A DNA stretch of 63,707 nt, the filler included, from Octopus bimaculoides (lineage: Eukaryota): assembly GCF_001194135.2 (NCBI RefSeq). It is 5 parts of 5 records of this genome, joined end to end, with 100 filler letters (N's around TTAATTAATTAA, not from the genome) between each part and the next. Parts side by side here need not be neighbours in the genome. Positions count along the whole stretch, not along the records: positions 44,321 to 62,461 come from NC_068988.1; positions 62,562 to 63,707 come from NC_069006.1; 3 more parts are not named here. One strand, 5' to 3'. Positions 58,719-63,707 of the stretch are shown piece by piece. A model generated the notes under the pieces. That model worked only from the letters and a program-made list of their open reading frames with translations. It did no database searches and was not told the origin of the DNA. How positions within the stretch are numbered: position 1 is the first letter of the stretch; each line of letters starts with the position of its first letter. The translations under genes and the position numbers were made by a program.

Positions 58719-60529
58719 TATGTATATATATATATATATATATACATACATATATGTATATATATATATGTATATATATATGCGTGTGCGTGTGTATGTA
58801 TGTGTGTATACATACATATGTGCATAGATACATACATATATACATGTATGTTGATTGGTAAGAGTATGCAGATGTTATTATGCGTGTAAGTAGATTTGAT
58901 TGTATGCACTACCTATGTATAATTTCCCCACATGCATATATAAGTATATATATGTGTGTGTGCGTGTGTAGTTTGTTCGTATATATGTATATATGTATAT
59001 ATAAGTATGTGAAATATAAATGTATATGCCTGTGTGGGTGTCTAATTATCTACGTTTACGCAAAATGACATATGTATGCTTACATGCACATACATACATA
59101 CACACATGCATAAACATACATATATGCATACATAGATATAAGCATACATGTATACATAAATGTAAAGTTACTTAAATTTACTTTGGCGTGTGTGTGTGTG
59201 CGTGAGAGAGAGACAGACAAACAGAGAGGAAGTGTACGCGTTGACTTATTAATGTGTGCTTATGAATAATATATATTTCAGTGAAACAACAGTATCATAA
59301 GCCTAGTACTTAACTCTAGATTTGGTAGCTTTAAGAAAGATGACATAAAAATCTATTCTGTAAAATAACTGAATTTAGATTGTGGGGAAAGTGCGCAGAG
59401 TCAAATTTACTTTTTCGCTCAAACCTGTCTTGATCCAGGGGCTGGGTGGTATCGAAACGGTCGGAGGTAAATCTGGTTGGTCAGGGTTTATGTAAGTTTT
59501 CATCGTCCTGTGAGCATCACACAACGTTTGCTGAAAGCAGCCTTTCTGTCTCGGGAAATCACTTTTGTTTACATTCATTCAGTCCTATGATGATAGGAAT
59601 AACGCAGTATAATCCATTGAGGGTTTAAGACCCGATACTACCCTCCTTGGGTGAAGTGGATTTTTGAGTTTGGTTGCATGATCCTGCCTCATGAAACTAC
59701 AGAAGAGAACTACATCTGTCTATCTGTTCCTAAGGAAATCTGATAAATATTTCTCCAAGATGTGCGACTTTTTCCGTAAACACACGTGATCTGAGAGACA
59801 TTTTGACTGTTATTTCTGACAGATTATGTAATCACACGGGTTTCTTCTATTAGTTTTCTCTTGATCCAATCGTTTGTACTCATTATGCATTCACTCTTAC
59901 TGTATGACACAAAAAACACATATACACACACATTCTTACGCTTAAATACACACACACACATACATATACTCCCTACCCTGCATGCGTATAAATATGCTCA
60001 TGTGTTTGTGTGTGTGTGTTTGTGTGTGCGTGTGTGTGTGTGTGTGTGTGTTTGCATATGCATGTAGAGGGATGCGTTTCTGTTGCACAAAATAAGGTGT
60101 AGAATGTGGTTGATACAAAAGTAGAGAACTAACATGAATGCTTTGATGTATCTGTTTCATGTGCTTCAATGTTCTAAACGCAGATCTCACCAGCTTGTAA
60201 TTCACCTCTCGTAAGAGTAACAAAGCATATAGTGAACAATGTATTAAATAGCATTGAATGGGACATTCCTCCATCTCTTATTAACTAGCCTTGAATATAA
60301 TCAACCACAATGAGAGCTGGTCATGCCGATAGTGTGTTTCCTCATTCTGGTCAAGGAGTCAGCTGTTTGCATCTCATCACCAGCGGTGTGTTCCGTTATC
60401 CAGTTGCTCTCATCATTAATTTATCAATCTGAACAATTTCAGAGTCAGTTAATGCCTGGAAGCAAAAGGACAGTCTAAATGTTTCATTAGATTGCGTTGC
60501 AGGGCTGAAAGACGCATATTTCTTCTTTC

Positions 60530-60750
60530 ATCTTTTAATTGTTTCAGTCATGAAGGGGAGGCCATGCTGGGGTATCGCTATGAAGAATTTTAGTCGAACG
60601 AATCAATCCCAGTAATTATCTTTTTTCAAGCCTGGTCTTTATTCTATCAGCCACTTTTACCGAACTGCCATGATATGGGGACATAAACACAGCAACACAG
60701 CATGTCAAGCGGTGGTGTAGGACAAACACAGACACAAACACACACATACA
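60530..60750 (-). mobile_element. SINE family S1, 3' half
   Basis: tcttttaattgtttcagtcatg...gccatgctgggg...gaattttagtcgaacgaatc...tgtcaagcggtggtgtaggacaaacac. Confidence 0.75.
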
Positions 60751-61759
60751 TTCGTATCTATTTATTTATCTTGTTATGTATACCTATAATATAATGAAGG
60801 GAGAGAACTTACAATATTTTCCGAAGGTCGCGAGATAAACGTTTGTCAATGACCTTTTGGCAGAAGCGAAATAACGTTGGTATGGATAACAAATATATAT
60901 ATCCATNNNNNNNNNNNNNNNNNNNNNNNNNNNNNNNNNNNNNNNNNNNNNNNNNNNNNNNNNNNNNNNNNNNNNNNNNNNNNNNNNNNNNNNNNNNNNN
61001 NNNNNNNNNNNNNNNNNNNNNNNNNNNNNNNNNNNNNNNNNNNNNNNNNNNNNNNNNNNNNNNNNNNNNNNNNNNNNNNNNNNNNNNNNNNNNNNNNNNN
61101 NNNNNNNNNNNNNNNNNNNNNNNNNNNNNNNNNNNNNNNNNNNNNNNNNNNNNNNNNNNNNNNNNNNNNNNNNNNNNNNNNNNNNNNNNNNNNNNNNNNN
61201 NNNNNNNNNNNNNNNNNNNNNNNNNNNNNNNNNNNNNNNNNNNNNNNNNNNNNNNNNNNNNNNNNNNNNNNNNNNNNNNNNNNNNNNNNNNNNNNNNNNN
61301 NNNNNNNNNNNNNNNNNNNNNNNNNNNNNNNNNNNNNNNNNNNNNNNNNNNNNNNNNNNNNNNNNNNNNNNNNNNNNNNNNNNNNNNNNNNNNNNNNNNN
61401 NNNNNNNNNNNNNNNNNAGTTAGCATGGAACGAGACAGGTAATTTTGTTTACTTCCTCTTAACGAGCAAGGCAGGTAATCTCGTACTTCCTGTTAAAAAG
61501 GGGAGTTGAGAAGACAGCGAGAACTTGGCGCGGATAGTACCAAAACGAGAGACGGAGCTGCATACGGGTCGGACCGTTCACCACCTACCTTTAAACAATT
61601 GAGGACTGGACATAATCTCAATCTATGAACATTAATTTCCTTGTTTGAACACTTTGTTGTTGCGATCAGAAGTTTACCCCTTTTTCTTCCATTATAATTT
61701 GTCTGATCGGAACAATCTGTATATGTGTGTGTGTATGTATATGTACGTTTATATAGCAT

Positions 61760-61858
61760 AAGCTTCTTTCAGTTTCCGTTTACCAAATCCACTAACAAGT
61801 CTTTAGTCGTCCAAGGGCTATAGTAGAAGACACTTGCCTAAGGTGCCACGCAGTGGAT
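61760..61858 (-). mobile_element. SINE family S1, internal 5' fragment
   Basis: gcttctttcagtttccgtttaccaaatccact...gtagaagacacttgcctaaggtgccacgcagtgg. Confidence 0.8.
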
Positions 61859-62629
61859 TACTGAGGCATGTAACCGAAATCTGAAGCCCACTGAATAAAG
61901 GGCTATTGAATTTTCACACTGATACTGTTTAAAGCCTTTGAAATGTGCATATTATATGGATCAGTTCATTTAAAAAGAACAACAAAATACTCTCCTGATA
62001 TTCGAATCATTTAAGTTCCTTCAATCTCTTCTCATTCTCTAAATCACTTTGTTTCTCTCTCTCACTCTCTCTCTCTCCCTCCCAGTTGCCTTCCGTCCCT
62101 TTTTTCCTATTATCTATTTGTGGAACGCCCCATACAAATGCTAAATTATACCAGTGGATTGATTGTATGTGGATTCCACACAACGAAGGATAAAAGGTTG
62201 ATCCCGGTTGAATATCGTTGAGGAAAGAATAATATGTAAGTCAGTAGAGTACAGCATGCCCTATTGTTGCGATCAAGTCATCACCCTTATTTAATATTGA
62301 TTGATATTGACAATGGTATTTTATTGTTATTAACAATGATGTTAACAAACAGACATATGCACACGTACAGGCATATGTACACACGTGCACAGATCTACAC
62401 ATGTGTGTATGCATCTACAAATGTGTGAGTGTGTATATGGATACATGTGTGTGTAGGTATANNNNNNNNNNNNNNNNNNNNNNNNNNNNNNNNNNNNNNN
62501 NNNNNTTAATTAATTAANNNNNNNNNNNNNNNNNNNNNNNNNNNNNNNNNNNNNNNNNNNNATATATATATACACATATATATATATATATACGACGGGC
62601 TTCTTTCAGTTTCCGTCTACCAAATCCAC

Positions 62630-62820
62630 TCAGTGACCTGAACAACAACAACTGCTTGGAATCGAACTCGGAATCTTGGGATTAGTATCCCGCGCTCTTA
62701 ACCACTACGCCATATGCCCGTGGGCCTGATGAAGGCTGGAGGGTATATCAACCGAAACGTTGTGTAAACAACAAACAAGATGAGGACAAATATCCGTCAA
62801 ATGTAAATAATATAAATAAT
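62630..62820 (+). mobile_element. Rearranged copy of the tRNA-hammerhead SINE-like element (tRNA head inverted)
   Basis: About 62652-62725 is the reverse complement of the 32592 head. It is joined directly to ctgatgaaggctggagggtatatcaaccgaaacgttgtg...aaatatccgtcaaatgtaaataat, as at 32744-32825. Confidence 0.85.
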
Positions 62821-63003
62821 GAGCATTTGGTCCGTTTTTACGTTCTGAGTTCAAGTTCAACCGTGGTTGATCTCTGCTTTTCATCCTTTCGGGGTTCGAT
62901 AAAATAAATACCATTTGACCAATGAGGGTGGAGGGGGAGTAATCGACCCACTCCCTCCCCCGAAATAGCTGACGTTGTGCGAAAATTTGAAACCATTATT
63001 ATT
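62821..63003 (+). mobile_element. 5'-truncated SINE family S2
   Basis: ttttacgttctgagttcaagttc...gctttcatcctttcgggg...ttgaaaccattattatt. Confidence 0.75.
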
Positions 63004-63542
63004 TATAGCATTATGTGCTTCGTGATCCACTCTTCAAAAAATATTATTGCACGTTCTCTGTGTGCATTTAAGATCTACCTTTGCATATAGAAGATTGAGT
63101 GTGTGTGTGTGAATGTTCATATAAACATACCGGAGGAGAGAACGACAGACGCACTAAGATACATAATATCATAACGTACCTATATACATGCATGCCTACA
63201 TAGATATTTATATATACATGCAGTTGGTTCATGCATGTATCCGAGGGGACATCTGCAATCGTCAGAGGACATGACATGCGAAGACTGCATTTTCCACTGA
63301 GAATAGACTAAAATATCTACTCTCGCGCACGAAGGAAACCAAGGCTACAGAATTTATGACGGACATAACGATGAATATACACTCATACGCGCACACACGT
63401 ATACATAGACTACATATATGAGTGTGTATGTATTATGCATGTTTGTGTGTGTTTATAAATACAGACAGCCAGATAGATATTTACATATTCATATACATAC
63501 TTGAATAAATATATACATATATATACATATATATATATATAT

Positions 63543-63597
<55 letters not shown>

Positions 63598-63707
63598 TGT
63601 ATATTTATGTATTATACACATCTGTGTGCGCGCACGTGTATGTAATTGAACCTCTGTGTGTATATCTATTCCTATGTATGTATATGCGTGTGTGTGTGTG
63701 TGTGTGT

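Noticed and set aside
59380-59580. Exon-like or P450 PERF-like reading
   Set aside because: Several alternative frames and weak splice sites, with no consistent family motif.
903-61509. Long ORFs of 100-400 aa in the ORF track
   Set aside because: They are composed of X from N-runs or of YI/CV/HT/poly-L/N/R runs from microsatellites.

Overview
AT-rich, microsatellite-saturated, gap-ridden eukaryotic DNA. The repeat content (two abundant SINE families, (TA)n/(CA)n/(TAA)n tracts) resembles an octopus genome such as O. bimaculoides; this is inference from pattern memory, not a search. I found no recognisable host protein-coding exon, rRNA, bona fide tRNA gene or CRISPR array, so the window looks intronic or intergenic. 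Nearly all long ORFs in the track are artefacts of N-runs or microsatellites. What is supportable is a transposon graveyard. It contains three R4/Dong-like (RLE) LINE fragments, a Tx1/L1-like fragment, RTE-like 3' ends, three Penelope-like (PLE) fragments, a decayed Mag-like Ty3/gypsy element, mariner ends, a Chapaev3-like deletion derivative, MITE-like elements and over 20 SINE copies. The most interesting signals are RNA-structural. First, two unrelated repeat families each carry a minimal type-I hammerhead-ribozyme fold with a palindromic stem III; one is fused to a tRNA-derived Pol III head and lies next to a PLE reverse transcriptase fragment. Second, there is an isolated 54-bp near-perfect hairpin rich in G-U pairs. 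Third, there is a 239-bp, about 94% identical inverted duplication. Four TTAATTAATTAA linkers mark scaffold joins, so adjacency across them is unreliable. Coordinates were counted by hand and may be off by a few bases for degraded repeats.
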